The notes beneath the pieces were generated by a model. That model saw only the letters and a list, made by a program, of their open reading frames with translations. It did not search any database and was not told the DNA's origin. 64,000 bases of DNA from Octopus vulgaris (lineage: Eukaryota): positions 80,352,001 to 80,416,000 of the forward strand of contig OX597831.1 in assembly GCA_951406725.2 (NCBI GenBank), in the 5' to 3' direction. The first letter of the stretch is position 1. Each line of letters opens with the position of its first letter. The position numbers and the translations under genes were made by a program. Below are positions 13,791 to 28,419 of this stretch, piece by piece.

Positions 13791-14374
13791 GGGAGATGTT
13801 GAAGTAGAAAGAAAAGAAAGAAGAAAACAGTAAGAGATGAAGAAAGAACGAACGAAAGAGAGAAAGAACGTCATTCAGCAATGAAGAAGGACGAAGGAAA
13901 GAAAAGGAAATAAAGAAAATAAAGAGAAGAAAGAAAGGAAAGAAATGTGGAAAGTTGCATCGATTTCCTCTAAAGAGAAAACCAAGTCAAGAAAGACTCG
14001 GTGTTTGCGGTTGCTTGCCAGTCTAAGAGGTAGTCTTAGAGGGAGAATTAATATTTCGAGTGTCTAACAGCAGTCAATATCTTTAGTTAATCGATAAAAA
14101 GGCGCGATGCGTGTTTATAATTAAAAGCAAGTAGACCGGCCGTGTCCAATCGCAAGCGGGTGGGCCGTTCGCTCTCCTGACATGAAAAAGAGTTTTTGTC
14201 CTACGGATAATGGCGTCGCTATAAATTTCAGCGCTCTGTACGCAAGATTTAGATATATAGATTGCCGTCGGCCATGTTGGCACGATGTTTTATATCACGA
14301 TGTTTAAAGCAAGCAAATGAACAGTGTTGTATTAAAATCGCTTCCTTTAAGACTTTTACATTTAAACTTGCTGG

Positions 14375-15472
14375 CATACACACATACATACACACACACA
14401 TACATGCATACATACATACATACACGCATACATACATACATACATACATAAATACATACATACATACATACATACATACATACATACATACATACATACA
14501 TACATACATACATACGCATAGTCGCGTACGAATACAAACGGGAAATCACAAACATACAAACACGTATAAGAGCACAAATTTATACACACACATGCAAAGA
14601 CACACACACACACAAATACACACACATACACACACATACATATCGGTCATTTATCTTGCAGACAACCCAGTGTTGCTGAGCAAGGAACCTGCGATGTGTG
14701 TGTATATATGCATGTGTGAGTGTGTGTGAGTGGGGGTGTGTGTGTGTGCGTGTTGTGTACATATATAGATGTGTATATACATATGTATATGTGTGTGTGC
14801 GTCTTGTATAGATAAGTAGATATGTATATATGTATGTATTTATATATATACTACGTATTTGTGTATACGCGAATGTATTTTTATATAGCTACATGTACAT
14901 ATATATGTATGTGTGCATGTATATACATTTATGCTTGTATGCATGTGTCTATGTCTGTGTGTATATCGATGCTTGTGCGTACGTGTGTATGTGTATGCAT
15001 ACGCAACGGAGATGTGTGTGTACGTACATATATAACCATAATGTTTGTATGTACATTAATGTACGCGCGCACACGCATACACATGTAGGAGTGTGCGTAT
15101 TTCAAGTTGCAAGCATATGCTTACTTGCATGTAAAAGTGTGTGTGTGTGCATACATGTATGGTTGTGCATGTGTATATATATATGTATATGTCTGTGTGT
15201 GTGTGTATCTATATATATGTGTATATATATATGTATATATATATGTGTGTGCGTGTGTGTATATGCATATACATACATACATGCATACACGCATACATAC
15301 ATACATAGATACGTGCATGCATTCATGCTTACAAACAGGAAAATTCAAAAATTCAATGTGTCACATGCCCACACATTCGTAGGTATTTACACAAATACAT
15401 AGAAATATATATATATGTATGTATATATATTCACATATACATATATATCCATATACATATATACATATATAA

Positions 15473-15570
<98 letters not shown>

Positions 15571-15760
15571 GTACATACATATATATACGCATACATAGAT
15601 GTATACATCTGTGTATGCATGTATATATATATATACATGTACTTTTATTAATGCGTGTAAGTTCATGTTGGCGATACGTGTGTATGTGTGAGCGCGTATG
15701 TTTGCGTAATTGTGTGTGTATGTGTGTGTGTGTATGTGTGTGTGCATGTGTGTGTGTTTA
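14375..15760. repeat. (TACA)n/(TG)n/(TA)n degenerate microsatellite field
   Basis: Direct reading. Confidence 0.9.
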
Positions 15761-16267
15761 AAGAGGAGGGGTCACTATCGAGGAGATATAAGGGAAAGCA
15801 CTTTAACAGAGAATGGATCAATGGCGACGAAGTAGAACCGGCAGGCGAGCGGAGAGAGAGAGAGAGAGAGAGAGAGAAGATGGGAGTGGAAGTGAGAGGA
15901 AGAGTAAGTAGGTGGGCGTTGGTTGAGTAGGTGTAAAGGGTTGGAGGACTGGGGGTGGGGGACGGGAATTGAGATGGAGGGCCGGTGGTTTTAACAATTG
16001 TCTACGTGTATTGACCTCGGTGGTTAAAGTGATGTCCATTGCGATACCGTCACACCCATCATCACAACCACCATCACCTCCACCACAATCGCCGACACAA
16101 CCATCAGCATTATTGACAACACTACCACAACTACTACTATTTCTACTACTACTACTACCACCGCCACCACTGCTAGTTCACTACCACTCTTACTACTACA
16201 ACCGATTCCTTCCTATCACCTCACAACCAACTCCACTACACTGTTTCTCTCTACTTCGTCACAACGA

Positions 16268-17690
16268 ACACCACTACCACCATCACCACAACCACCACCA
16301 CCACCACCACAACCACCACCACCACTACCACCACAACAACCACCACCACAGCCACCACCACCACCACACCACAACCACCACCACCACCATCACAACCACC
16401 ACCACCACCACCACAACCACCACCACAACCACAACCACCGCCACCACCGCCACCACCACCACCACCACCACCACCATCACCACAACCACCACCACCACCA
16501 CAGCCACCACCACCACCACCACCACCACCATCACCACAAACACCACCACCACCACAACCACCACAACCACCACCACCACCACAACCACCATCACAACTAC
16601 CACCACCCACAACCACCACCACTACCACCACCCACAACCACCACCACCACCACCACCACCACCACCACCACCACCACCACAACCACCACCACTACCACCA
16701 CCCACAACCACCACCACCCACCACCCACAACCACCACCACCACAACCACCACCCACCACCGCCACCACAACCACCACCACCACTACCACCACCCACAACC
16801 ACCACCACCACCACAACCACCACCACCACTACCACCACCCACAACCACCACCACCACCACCACCACCCACCACAACCACCACCACAACCACCACCACCAC
16901 CACCACAACCACCACCACCACTACCACCACCACCACCACCCACCACCACCACCCAGAACCACCACAACCACCACTACCACCACTACCACCACCACAACCA
17001 CCACAACCACCACAACCACTACCACCACAACCACCACCACCACTACCACCACTACCACCACCCACAACCACCACCACCACTACCACCACCCACAACCACC
17101 ACCACAACCACAACCGCCACCGCCACCACAACCACCACCACTACCACCACCCACAACCACCACCACCACAACCACCACACCACCACCACCACACCACCAC
17201 CACCACCACAACCACCACTACCACTACCACCACCCACCACCACCACCACCACAACCACCACCACCACCACCACTACCACCACTACCACCACCCACAACCA
17301 CCACCACAACCACCACCACCACCCAGAACCACCACAACCACCACCACCACCACCACCACCACCACCACAACCACCACCACCACCACAACCACCACCACCA
17401 CCACAACCACCACAACCACCACCACCACTACCACCACTACCACCACCCACAACCACCACCACCACCACAACCACAACCACCACAACCACCACCGCCACCA
17501 CAACCACCACCACCACTACCACCACCCACAACCACCACCACCACCCACAACCACCACCACCACCACCACCACCACCACCACCACAACCACCACCACCACC
17601 ACCAAAACCACCACCACCGAAACCACCACCACAACCACAACCACCTCTACCACAACCACCACCACAACAACCACAACCACCACACTCAAA
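16268..17690. repeat. About 1.4 kb degenerate (CAC/CAA)n array
   Basis: Direct reading; the 585-aa ORF is a His/Thr/Pro repeat translation. Confidence 0.95.
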
Positions 17691-18029
17691 CTCACCCACG
17701 CCATCACATACAGCTTCAGCCAATAGCCCCAAATCGTCTCCCCACTTTCCATTGCAACCGCCACCACCGCCACCACCACCACCATAACCACTGCTGCCCC
17801 TTCGTCCACCCCTGCTCACCGCTCTGAAATCGATTTCGATATTATTTTGGCAGCACCATTTTACGAAGATTTAGTCTTTGCAGGAGCGTTGAAAATGGAT
17901 CGAACAACACCTGGTGATTAGTCACACGTTTATTCAACACACACACATTCACACACACATTTATACATACATACATTCATACGTATATATATATACATAT
18001 ATGTATGTGTGTGTATGTGTGTGTGTATG

Positions 18030-18065
<36 letters not shown>

Positions 18066-18148
18066 TGTATGTATGTATGTATGTGTGTATAGATAGATAG
18101 AGAGATAGAGAGAGAGAGGGAGAGACAGCTAGATAGATAGATGGATAT

Positions 18149-18242
<94 letters not shown>

Positions 18243-18249
18243 GTCGTAG

Positions 18250-18366
18250 GGGTGTATGTGTGGTAAAAAGTTTGTATCCCCAATCACATGGTCCTGTGTT
18301 CAGTCTCACTGCATGACACCTTGGGAAAGCGTATTTTACCATATTCTCGAGCCGACAAAAGCCCGT
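18250..18366 (+). mobile_element. tRNA-derived SINE family A, 5' fragment
   Basis: Diverged match to the head of 38417-38850. Confidence 0.7.
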
Positions 18367-18516
18367 TTATACATACATACATACATACATACAAACCCTG
18401 TTGTTGATGTTGAAGTTCCAATGAAGGAGCCTTTGATGTAAATTAGAAACCGGTTCTTTCTCCATTGGCAAGAAATATTGAAGTGAAACTGAACAATGAC
18501 ATACATACATACATTC

Positions 18517-18839
<323 letters not shown>

Positions 18840-19137
18840 CTTTTTATTGTAGCCACACAGGGCTAAACACAGAATAAAAATGGACTAATACAATGTAGAA
18901 TTTTTTCTTTTCGAGGTGGGATGGGTGGGGCAAAAAAAAAAAAAAAAACCGTTTGATCAATAGAGATCTGTGGGTTGTGTGGTGTATAAAAAAGCACTAT
19001 ATATATATATATATATAAGGTTCACAGTTTAGGTGTAGCCTTGGAAAGAAAAACCTACAAAAAAGACCAAGGTCACCTCAGACAGTTCGAAAAAGAACAC
19101 ATGAGTAAGTCGCCTTACTTCTCGTTGTCTCTTTTGG

Positions 19138-22100
19138 TTACAGATTTATGCTTAAAATAGTGTCGTCTTTCATACTGACCATTTTTGCCACTTTTACCCA
19201 CTTTTTATTAAAACATTCGTTCGACAAAGCCTTCCTCTCTATTCTCATCCTCCTTTTCAAGTGGTACTTGAAAAAGTTGACGAGAGACTGACCAGAGAGG
19301 AAGGTGTTTGTTTGCAGTCCTTTCAAACGCGTCCACCACACACATTCTTTCGCCATAGCCATCAGCGTAACGAAAACCGTTTTCCCTTCCCGTTTAAAGG
19401 AAGGTGGTGGAACAATATTCACGATAGACTCGGCCGATAGGCGAGCCTGACCTACACGTGACAACAGCTGTTCGACGAAGGACCACAGCTCTGAAATATC
19501 TGGACACTGCACGAGTGCGTGCAGAACGGTTTCGTCGCTCTGACCGCATCTCGGGCAGGTCGGTCCGGTGATGGTTTTCGAACCGTGTCTGTAGCTCTTC
19601 TCTCGAACAGGTAGTGCGTCTCGATAGCACTGCCAAGCCAGGGATTTCTGGAAGTTATCCATAGGCCCCGGCCCGAACGTCGTCCTGAACAGGCGGGTTA
19701 GGAATTCCTCGTCGACGCCCAGGTTTGCCCCGAGTGTGTCGTCGGACCTCCCCTCCACTAGTCCTCTATAGAACGCTTTAGTCGTTTGGAAGTTGCACAA
19801 GTTTGACCCCGGTCGGCAGAGCTGCTGTAGAGCTTGGCGACACTCTCGGTGCCAATCGCCCAGTTTCGGTCTCTTTTTGATCCACGTTTGCAGTTCGGTC
19901 AGTGAGACGAGCTGCGGGAAGTCGCGCTTCACAAACGGCGCCCACACCTGTTCACCGTCGTCGATGAATTTCCAGAGATGTCGCAGTCTCAGCGAATGCC
20001 TGCGCATCATCAACCACGGCATGCCCAGTCCTCCATTCAACGGATGTTGACAGCAAATGGACTTCCTCACCATCGGAACGCCACCCTTCCACAGGAAGCG
20101 GAAGAGTATGCGTTCCAGTTTGGTGATGGTGGCGTCGGGACAAGGTACGACGGTCAGGCGGTAATCGATGACGGATGCGATGTACGCGTTCGCCACCTCC
20201 GCCCGGCCTTTTAGAGACAGCTTTCTCTCGGCCCATGTTTGGCTGAGAGCGACCACTCTACTCGTGATCTCGTCCCAGTTCTTATCCATTTGGAGGTCCG
20301 GACTGAACCCGAGCAATTTAACCGGTCCGTCCGTCCAGCGTCCCACTACTGAGCCGCAGTCGGACGGCATGGGCTTGCTTCTCCAGGTGCCGAGTAGCAA
20401 ACCCACTGACTTTTCCGGGTTAATCTTTGCTCCCGTCACCGTTTCATATTTTCTTAGTGTCTCGCTGACCAGCTCGATGTGCTGGTAGCTCGACACTATG
20501 ACGGTGACATCGTCCGCATATGCCGACACGCTCGTCCCGCAACCCAGTTCCCGTGGGATGCCCCTCAGTGTCGCCAGCTTCCGCAGTAGCGGCTCGAGAG
20601 TCAATACATACAGAAGCGCCGACAGGGGACACCCCTGACGGACCGAACGCGTGATGTCAAACGGTTTCGACAGGTGACCGTTCACCCGAATCACCGATCG
20701 GATGCCGCTATACAAGGCAGCGATCCAACCGCGGAAGACGGGAGCGAAGCCAGCCGCCCTGAGGACGGCCGCCAAGTACCGATGGTCGACCCTATCGAAG
20801 GCTTTAGACTGATCCAAATTTATCAGCGCCCCACCCATGCCAGGATCCTTAACTACCCTGTCCACAATGTAGCGCATCAGATGGAGGTTGTCATGTATGG
20901 TTCTGCCCGGCACAGCGCATGTTTGCGCCCTATCGACCAGTTTACCAATGACAAGCGCCAACCTCTCGGCTATTACTTTGGCCAAAATTTTCAAATCTGC
21001 GTTGAGCAGAGTGATGGGCCTGAAATTATCTATAAAATTCCCCTTGTTTGAGTCTTTCTTCAGCAACGTCACTGCATCTCGGCTCACGAAACCGGGGATT
21101 CTCCCGTTTTGTTGCCAGTTGCAGTAGACTGATGCCAAGAGGTCGCCAAACAAGTCTGGCATTCGACAATACAGCTCGTAGGGTAAACCATCCAATCCAG
21201 GCGACTTATCCCTCGCGCAGCCCGCCATCGCATCCCACACGTCAGCGGCTGTGATGGGACTTTCACAACACTCCGCTTCTCTTGCCGAGAGCCGCGGCAG
21301 GTCGGTCAGGTAGGCACTGAAATCCATCCCTCGTTCCGACCCACCACTCGCACCAAACAGTCGAGCAAAGTGCTGTTGAAAGGCCTCACACATCCTTTCG
21401 GGTTCGAGTAAACTGCATCCCTGTTGATCTATTAGAGACCGAATGGTTGATCTGTTGCCACGCTGCGCCTCCGCTACCCGGGCCTCTCGCGCAGCTTCAA
21501 TCCCTTCGTTCCTTAAGGCACGCATTTTAGCTCTGACGACGCAACCTTCGTGCTTGGCGTTGACGTGTTGGTCGAGGGCCATCCTCGCAGCCAGCACGTT
21601 GGTTGCGCTGCCAGTGGTAAGTGCCTCTTCTAGTTTCTTAACTAAGTCTCCCTCTACTCTATTTCGTTCTATCGCTAATTCCTTGCTAAACCTAATTGAT
21701 TCCGATTTTATTGCCATTTTCAGGGCGTACCACCAGCGGTTGTTAACGATCGCTCCCGTCAGCGCCCTCTTAATTAACTCGCTAATCCGGTTCCTGTAAA
21801 CCTGTCGCGCTAACAGCGACGTGTTCAGTTTCCAGTAACCGGGACCCTGCCTATGTGTTTTATCTAAGTCGAGCGTGCACGTAACAAATTGGGATCTGTG
21901 TAGCTGACTATTTTAAATTGTGGACATCCTACACTATCCCTATCCGCTGTCCTGCATAGAATTCTATCTAGATAAGATCTCGACGATCCGACGCGGTTTG
22001 TCCAAGTCCACGTTGGCACGTTCGGATGGTCGAGTCGGAACCTGTCAGACAAATGGAAACGTCTGAGCAGGTCTTTGAGGCTCTTACACCCCCTTCTATT

Positions 22101-22580
22101 CCTATCCCTTCCCACATAATCTAGATGCGTGTCCAAGGTAGCGTTCCAATCCCCTACTAACAGTAAAGGTCTAGACGTACCCAGGAAAACCTCTAGGCGT
22201 CTGAAGAAATCCGCCCGACCCGTTAAGGACGGTGCATAAACTGCCATCAGACGGAATGCACACCCATTTCTACCATCCACGTCCAAGACAACCAGCCTAC
22301 CCTCCGGGTCTAGGAATATTGCTCTTACTTTTACCTCTAGACTCTTTCGAAAAAGCACCGCAGTACCTCCACCACCCATGTTCGGCAGACAGGGAGAAAA
22401 ATAAATGTCAAATTGATTGCCAAACATGGACTCGAGGGCCCGCGGCGTACTGAGTCTGGTTTCACTGATAGCTACTATATCCACGTCCAGTGACTTGATG
22501 TCGTTTAGAAGGTAACCTTGCTTCCAAGCCGACGCCAAGCCACGCGCATTCACACAACCTAATTTAAGCATACTTGACAT
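19138..22580 (-). CDS. LINE ORF2 (APE endonuclease, RT, C-terminal zinc finger) with one frameshift at about 21888
   Basis: NARGL, SETRL, VYAP, GDWN, SYLDRI (APE); GYWKLN; KSPGLDGL, FRPITLLNADLKI, LDQSKAFDRV, VRQGCPLS, YADDVT; CPRC...ETVLHALVQC. The 859-aa frame is open upstream to FVTCTLDLDK. Confidence 0.92.
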
Positions 22581-22637
22581 TTACGAAAATTGTGTTTTAC
22601 ACACTATATTAGAAGAGACAAGAGGCAAGAAGTGAGG

Positions 22638-24386
22638 TCACTTACTCATTTTAAAAGTTTCATTTTTTTCTTCTTCTTCTTTTGTATCGTTTTTGATGAG
22701 GTGTGTGTATACTTTTTTCGACAGGTATCGTTGATACCCGCCTACCGCATTCGGAAATATTGTTTTCAGTATGTGGTGTTGTGCTTGTGTTATGTGTAAA
22801 ATTCTGATGTGCTTCGGTGGTGTGGTGTGCGGATGATTGTTTGTCTTAAAGTCATCTTCACAGACGACCATGTTAGATTTGATGTAGTCCATTAATTCTT
22901 TATTGTCTGTGTCTATTGCAGTTAGTTGTGTGTGTGGTTTTACGGGTTCATTACTTTTTTGATTGTCTAGGGGGATGTTGTCCTGAGTTAGATATCTCCC
23001 TGCTTTAATTCCTTGTTTGGTGGATTTTTTGGATCTTTTTCTTTTACCCCCTGTGGCTATTTGCCATTCCGTCGAACTTTCGTCGTCCGAGGTATCAGTA
23101 TGGGGTAGAGGAAAAAGAACAGGATCACTATGTATGCTTGTATAAATTGTTGATGTTTTGTGCGGTGTTTGTGTTGTTGTGGTGTTAGGGGTAGCATTTG
23201 TCTTCTCGTCAGTGTTTTCTGTCTTTTTAATTGTCGTCCTGGGTGTGGGTGTGGGTCGATTTTTTGAAGATTCAACAAGTTTAATTGGTTGTGACGTCAA
23301 CGGTGATTGTGTTGGTACTGTTTTTCTTGGTGATGTTGTTGGGGTTTGTTTGCTGGTTTGTTGTTTTTCTTGGCGTTGTTCCATAATTGAGTGTGTTGGT
23401 GTTGGTGTTGGCAACAAAGGGATTTTATTTGTTTTCTGAATTGTTCTTTCTTGTTTTTTCTGTACCAGATCGCACTTGGCAATCAAATGTTCGGGGCTGC
23501 CACATTTGTAGCATCTAGGCTTTTTGCCTTTTGCCATAACATATAGGCATTGCCCATTCTCCAAGTATATCTTGTCGGGTAGGCTCTCGATAGAGGCCCC
23601 CTCAATCTGGATGGTCACTACTACTGTTTTTCCACCCCAATTGTCGTTTATGTACACGGCTGTTTCTAGAATATTGATCTTTTTCAAGTGGTAACAGATT
23701 GCCCCTGTTATCCATTTGTTCGGCATATCGGGGGGTACATTTCTGATAGTAATTCTACTCACCCTCTGGTTTTTATAATAAGGAACCATGATGATTTCAT
23801 CATTTCCCAGAGACTCAGTACAGTGAGCTTTTGCTACTGTGTTAAACTGGGGACCCCAGTTTATATACTCTTTTTCTTTCATTATGTTTTTTAAACATTT
23901 CTCCACATCAGTTTTTGTAATCTGTTCATTTGGTTTTTTGTTTTTTCTAATAATTTTATATACAATTGTCTTATTTTCTATTTCTTGTTTTATATGTTGA
24001 GGTGTATGCAGGACTAAATCTTGTCCACGGGTTGTAAAGAGAGCTCTTGTTTCTATGAGCTCTTCATTTGTGAATGTAACAATCTCCTTTTTCTGGCGAA
24101 GAATATCTGCGAAATTTACTGTTGTTGACTTTTTTGTATTGGCATCTTCACTATTAGATAGTTCATTTTTATTGTTGTTCTTGTTGTTGCTGTTGTTTTT
24201 GTCAATAGTTTTCGTTTCAGTTTTATTTTTATCATTTATGTTGGTCGTGGTAGTGGTGGTGGTGGTGGTGGAGGTGGTGGTGGTAGCAGTTGTTGTCTCG
24301 TGGTTGCTGTTGTTAGTGGTGGTGGTGGCGGTGGTGACAGGGCTGTTAACGCACGTGGTTGCAGCGTTCATTTCACCGAATTTCAC
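22638..24386 (-). CDS. LINE ORF1 nucleic-acid-binding protein
   Basis: 582-aa open ORF with RITIRNVPPDM (RRM-like) and CYKCGSPEHLIAKC (CCHC); ends 57 bp before the ORF2 ATG. The exact start codon is uncertain. Confidence 0.85.
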   Translation of the reverse strand: MKFGEMNAATTCVNSPVTTATTTTNNSNHETTTATTTTSTTTTTTTTTNINDKNKTETKTIDKNNSNNKNNNKNELSNSEDANTKKSTTVNFADILRQKKEIVTFTNEELIETRALFTTRGQDLVLHTPQHIKQEIENKTIVYKIIRKNKKPNEQITKTDVEKCLKNIMKEKEYINWGPQFNTVAKAHCTESLGNDEIIMVPYYKNQRVSRITIRNVPPDMPNKWITGAICYHLKKINILETAVYINDNWGGKTVVVTIQIEGASIESLPDKIYLENGQCLYVMAKGKKPRCYKCGSPEHLIAKCDLVQKKQERTIQKTNKIPLLPTPTPTHSIMEQRQEKQQTSKQTPTTSPRKTVPTQSPLTSQPIKLVESSKNRPTPTPRTTIKKTENTDEKTNATPNTTTTQTPHKTSTIYTSIHSDPVLFPLPHTDTSDDESSTEWQIATGGKRKRSKKSTKQGIKAGRYLTQDNIPLDNQKSNEPVKPHTQLTAIDTDNKELMDYIKSNMVVCEDDFKTNNHPHTTPPKHIRILHITQAQHHILKTIFPNAVGGYQRYLSKKVYTHLIKNDTKEEEEKNETFKMSK

Positions 24387-24696
24387 GTTTGCATTTTCCG
24401 TGCGAACGTTCTTTTTTTCTCTGTCGTTTCCAGACTAGGAAAATGTTGTTCCATAAAAGAACGCGACCAGCGTTCAACAATAAAATTTCTAGACATTTTC
24501 TAATGTCGAGAAGAAAATAACAGAAATGAAATGGGGTCGAAACTGCCCCTAGGGGCGAATTCCTCCCTTGGAAAAGCACTCAAATGAAAGTTGGTTGCCT
24601 TACACACCTTATTTGCAAAAATCTACACAAAAATTGGCCTATAAATAGTCAAAATAAATGATTACCTTCGGAGCTGAAACGACATCACATGCGTCA

Positions 24697-24970
<274 letters not shown>

Positions 24971-25833
24971 ATGTTTCTTTATTAGCCATACAGGGCTGCA
25001 CACAGACAGGACAAATTACAAGGTAGAGCTTTTCTTTTGGGAGTAAAAAGGGGGTTTGGTTTTCGATCAAAAGGGATCGTAAAGGGAAAGAAAGAGGACA
25101 AAAAAAAAGAGGGGAATAAAAAAGGGGGGAAGGAAAAAAATTGATCAATAGGGATCGTTATCACAGAAATGTCAATATGAAGTGTAAAGGGGAGGACAGG
25201 TGAGGTTTACCCGTAGAAAGAAAAGCCTACGGAAAAGACCACGGTAACCTCGGTCAATGAAGTCACATGTTATATTTCTTTTTTTTTTGCAAATAAGCAA
25301 CTCTCTGTATTAATTTTTACGGTTCATAGGATCATAGTCAAGGTGGCTTCGTCATTCATACGTGCCATCCTTGCTACATTCACCCATCTTTTTTTAAAAC
25401 ATTCACTAGACAAAACTTGCCTCTCGAACTCTCACTTTCCTCTTCAAATGATACTTGAAGAAGTTGATGAGAGATTGACCAGAGAGGAAAGTGTTTGTCT
25501 CTAATCCTTTCAGGCGCGTCCACCAGATACATTCTTTCGCCATAGCCACAAGGATGATAAAAATAGCTCTTCCTTCCCGTTTGAAGGAAGGAGGCGTGAC
25601 AATATTGACGATAGACTCGGCTGATAAACCGACACGTCCCACACGTGACAGCAGCCGTTCGACATAAGCCCACAGGTCGGAGATTGTTGGACACTTCACG
25701 ATTGCGTGCGGAGCGGTTTCGTCGCTCTGACCGCATCTCGGGCCGGTCGGCCCCGGGTTTCTCGAGCCATGCCTATAGAGCTTATCCCGAACGGGTAGCG
25801 CTTCTCGGTAGCACCGCCAGGCCAGGGATCTCT
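24971..25833 (-). mobile_element. 5'-truncated Tx1 copy (second subfamily)
   Basis: QRSLAWRCYREALPVRDKLYRHG...MAKECIWWTRLKGL...KYHLKRK is homologous to the ORF2 C-terminus; 3' end gccctgtatggctaataaagaaac; GATA arrays on both sides. Confidence 0.92.
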
Positions 25834-25834
25834 G

Positions 25835-25909
<75 letters not shown>

Positions 25910-26039
25910 CAGACATTCAGGTACACGCATGCGCAACCATATGTATGTGAAGTGCAGTTTGATAACTGGTGTTAGTTTGTTTATGTTCCAGCAATTCGTC
26001 ACTGGAGACATCAGCAGAAAAAGACTAACAGAAAAAGTA

Positions 26040-26259
26040 TCGGGCTCCATTTGTTCGACTAGATTTTTTCAAGGTGGTGCTCCAGCATGACCACAGTCGA
26101 ATGTTTGGAACATTTATTAGAATAAAAGGGCACATATACATTCGCAACCACGTGGTTTCGGGTTTAGTGCCATTGCGCGGCACCTTCGACAAGCGTCTTC
26201 TACTATAGCTCTGGGTCCTACAATAACCTTGTGAAACCACGTCGTGTATATGCGAGTGT

Positions 26260-26306
<47 letters not shown>

Positions 26307-26755
26307 TGTGTGTGTGTCCAAGACCGGCCCAGCCGCTTACAACCCGCTATTAGGGTTTTCACATTCTCGTAACATTGCCTTTCAGCAAAAGAGAGATTGA
26401 TAGAATGAGTACCAGACACAAAAAAGGAATGCATATGTACGTTAGGGATAGATTCTTTCGACTACGACCCTTCCACGCGGTACTCCAGCATGGCCGATGT
26501 CTAATGACTCAGACAAGTACAAGACGAACGATACAAGACAGACATGCAGCCACATGGCCCTGGGGTCAGTCTCTCTGCGTGGCACATCGAGCAAGTGTGT
26601 AATACTACTATCGCCACAGGTCAGTCAGAGCCATTTGAGTGGATTTGGCAGACGGAAACTGAAAGAAGCCTGATGTATATATAAGAAAATGAATTAGGAT
26701 GGTGCTCCAACATGGCCACAATCCTACGACTGGAATCATTAAAAGAAACAAAAGA
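26040..26755 (+). mobile_element. Cluster of degraded SINE family A fragments
   Basis: Pieces include ggtgctccagcatg.ccac, tcttctactatagc, gacggaaactgaaagaagcc and gatagaatgagtacc. Confidence 0.7.
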
Positions 26756-26822
26756 ATATACACGTTTCTTTTCATGATTCCATTCGTAGAATTGTGATCA
26801 CGCTGGAGAAACAATTTTATTT

Positions 26823-26887
<65 letters not shown>

Positions 26888-28419
26888 TTCAATTTTAAAT
26901 CGACGAGTAATGAAGATGTACAAAATATAAGTGTTTAATATCTCCTTTTCTTGCTCATTACCAAGATCTTAACGTTTCTAATTATAGGTAACCATGTATA
27001 GAATCATTTCATTCTTTTCAGAAATCTTCAGCATGATAAAACCGAGGTAAATATATTAAACTAAATAAAACATTTCACGAGGCGAAATATTTCTGATAAA
27101 CTCCCACAACAATTCCAAAATATTTCGAAAATTTTTCAGGAGAATAGGTTTCCTCACAAGATTGAAACATTATGATACGAAACTTGAAAATGAGCATCTG
27201 CAGATTCGGAGTTTATGATTATTGGCCAGCAAAATGAAAATGGAGATTATTGATTTCGTCTTAAAGCATATCCTTTAGAAAACGAACCATAAGTCGTATT
27301 CATCGGCTGCTGTACAAGACAGTTGGCCAAGGTGCTGAGCATTAGAACAGAACCCGAACAATGTGGTTGCATAACGAGCTTCTTAACCACGCAGCCATTC
27401 CTGGGTCTGTGCAATAATTGGAACAAAGTTTACTTTGAGGTCCTGAAATCGTTGCAGGATTATTGAAATACATTTCCCGCAGACCAACCAACGAGTCATA
27501 CTTGGGTTCACAAATTTTCGACCACACGTATCTCCAGCATTCATTACGGAATAAATCTTCGTGTAATCATCTTGATGAATGGTGCCAACGCTAAATCAAT
27601 TTGTAATTTCCGATATCAGGAAATTTAAATTAAGAGTCAAACAAGCAAACGCCTTTTGGCAGCATAAAATCAAACTGTAACACGGATATTTTACAAATGC
27701 AGTATTTGTGTTCATACTTCAGACACTCGACAATACTAAATTATGCTGCCCATAGGCGTTATTTTTTTTCTTTCCTTATGCAACAGCTATCTTTGTATCA
27801 TACTTAATGCAGATACATCGCGAAAGGCAAATTAAATACGGTAATTGTTCGAAAATAATATCTTTTATGGACGCACTATGTTTAAAAACAAAACTATATC
27901 ATAGACAAAAATCGTCCGAGAGCGACGGTGAGAATGCTAATGCGCGTTTCTCCTTCGCTGGGATTTGTGAATAGCATGTACGCACTGCCAGCTGCTTTTG
28001 CAATGTATCTACATTAAGTATGATATACAGATGCCTATTTTGACGTAATAGTGCTTCTGTTGCATGCAAATTTTCAATCATTACATGTAACATTTCAATC
28101 AGCAGCGACGGATTTTTATTAGCATGCGCTTGGCAGTGGATACATGGTACTGACGAAGGCCAACGAAGCAGAAATGGACATCAAGCATTTACTCGGCCGT
28201 TGCTGAACGATCTTCGTCTACTACTGATATACTCTTGTATTTTTAAACACCGTGCGTCCATAACAGATATTATCTATGATATACAGATGACTAGTATTGA
28301 TTATTTATCCCAAACCAATGCAATTATTTCTACGAATACTCCTGGTTTAAAACACAATTTTTTAATTGTGTTATTAAGATTTTCTCCACTTATCATACAA
28401 CAGGATAATACCACCACAA

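Noticed and set aside
15969-17726. 585-aa His/Thr/Pro-rich ORF and other long low-complexity ORFs (3490-4102, 4490-5233, 28301-29416, 34045-34881, 46762-47574)
   Set aside because: Translations of micro- or minisatellites that lack stops by composition; no domain content.
28150-28180. ctgacgaaggc...gcagaaa hammerhead-like string (also ctgatgaaggg near 32428)
   Set aside because: Stems I and III cannot be formed, or GAAA is missing; at best decayed remnants.
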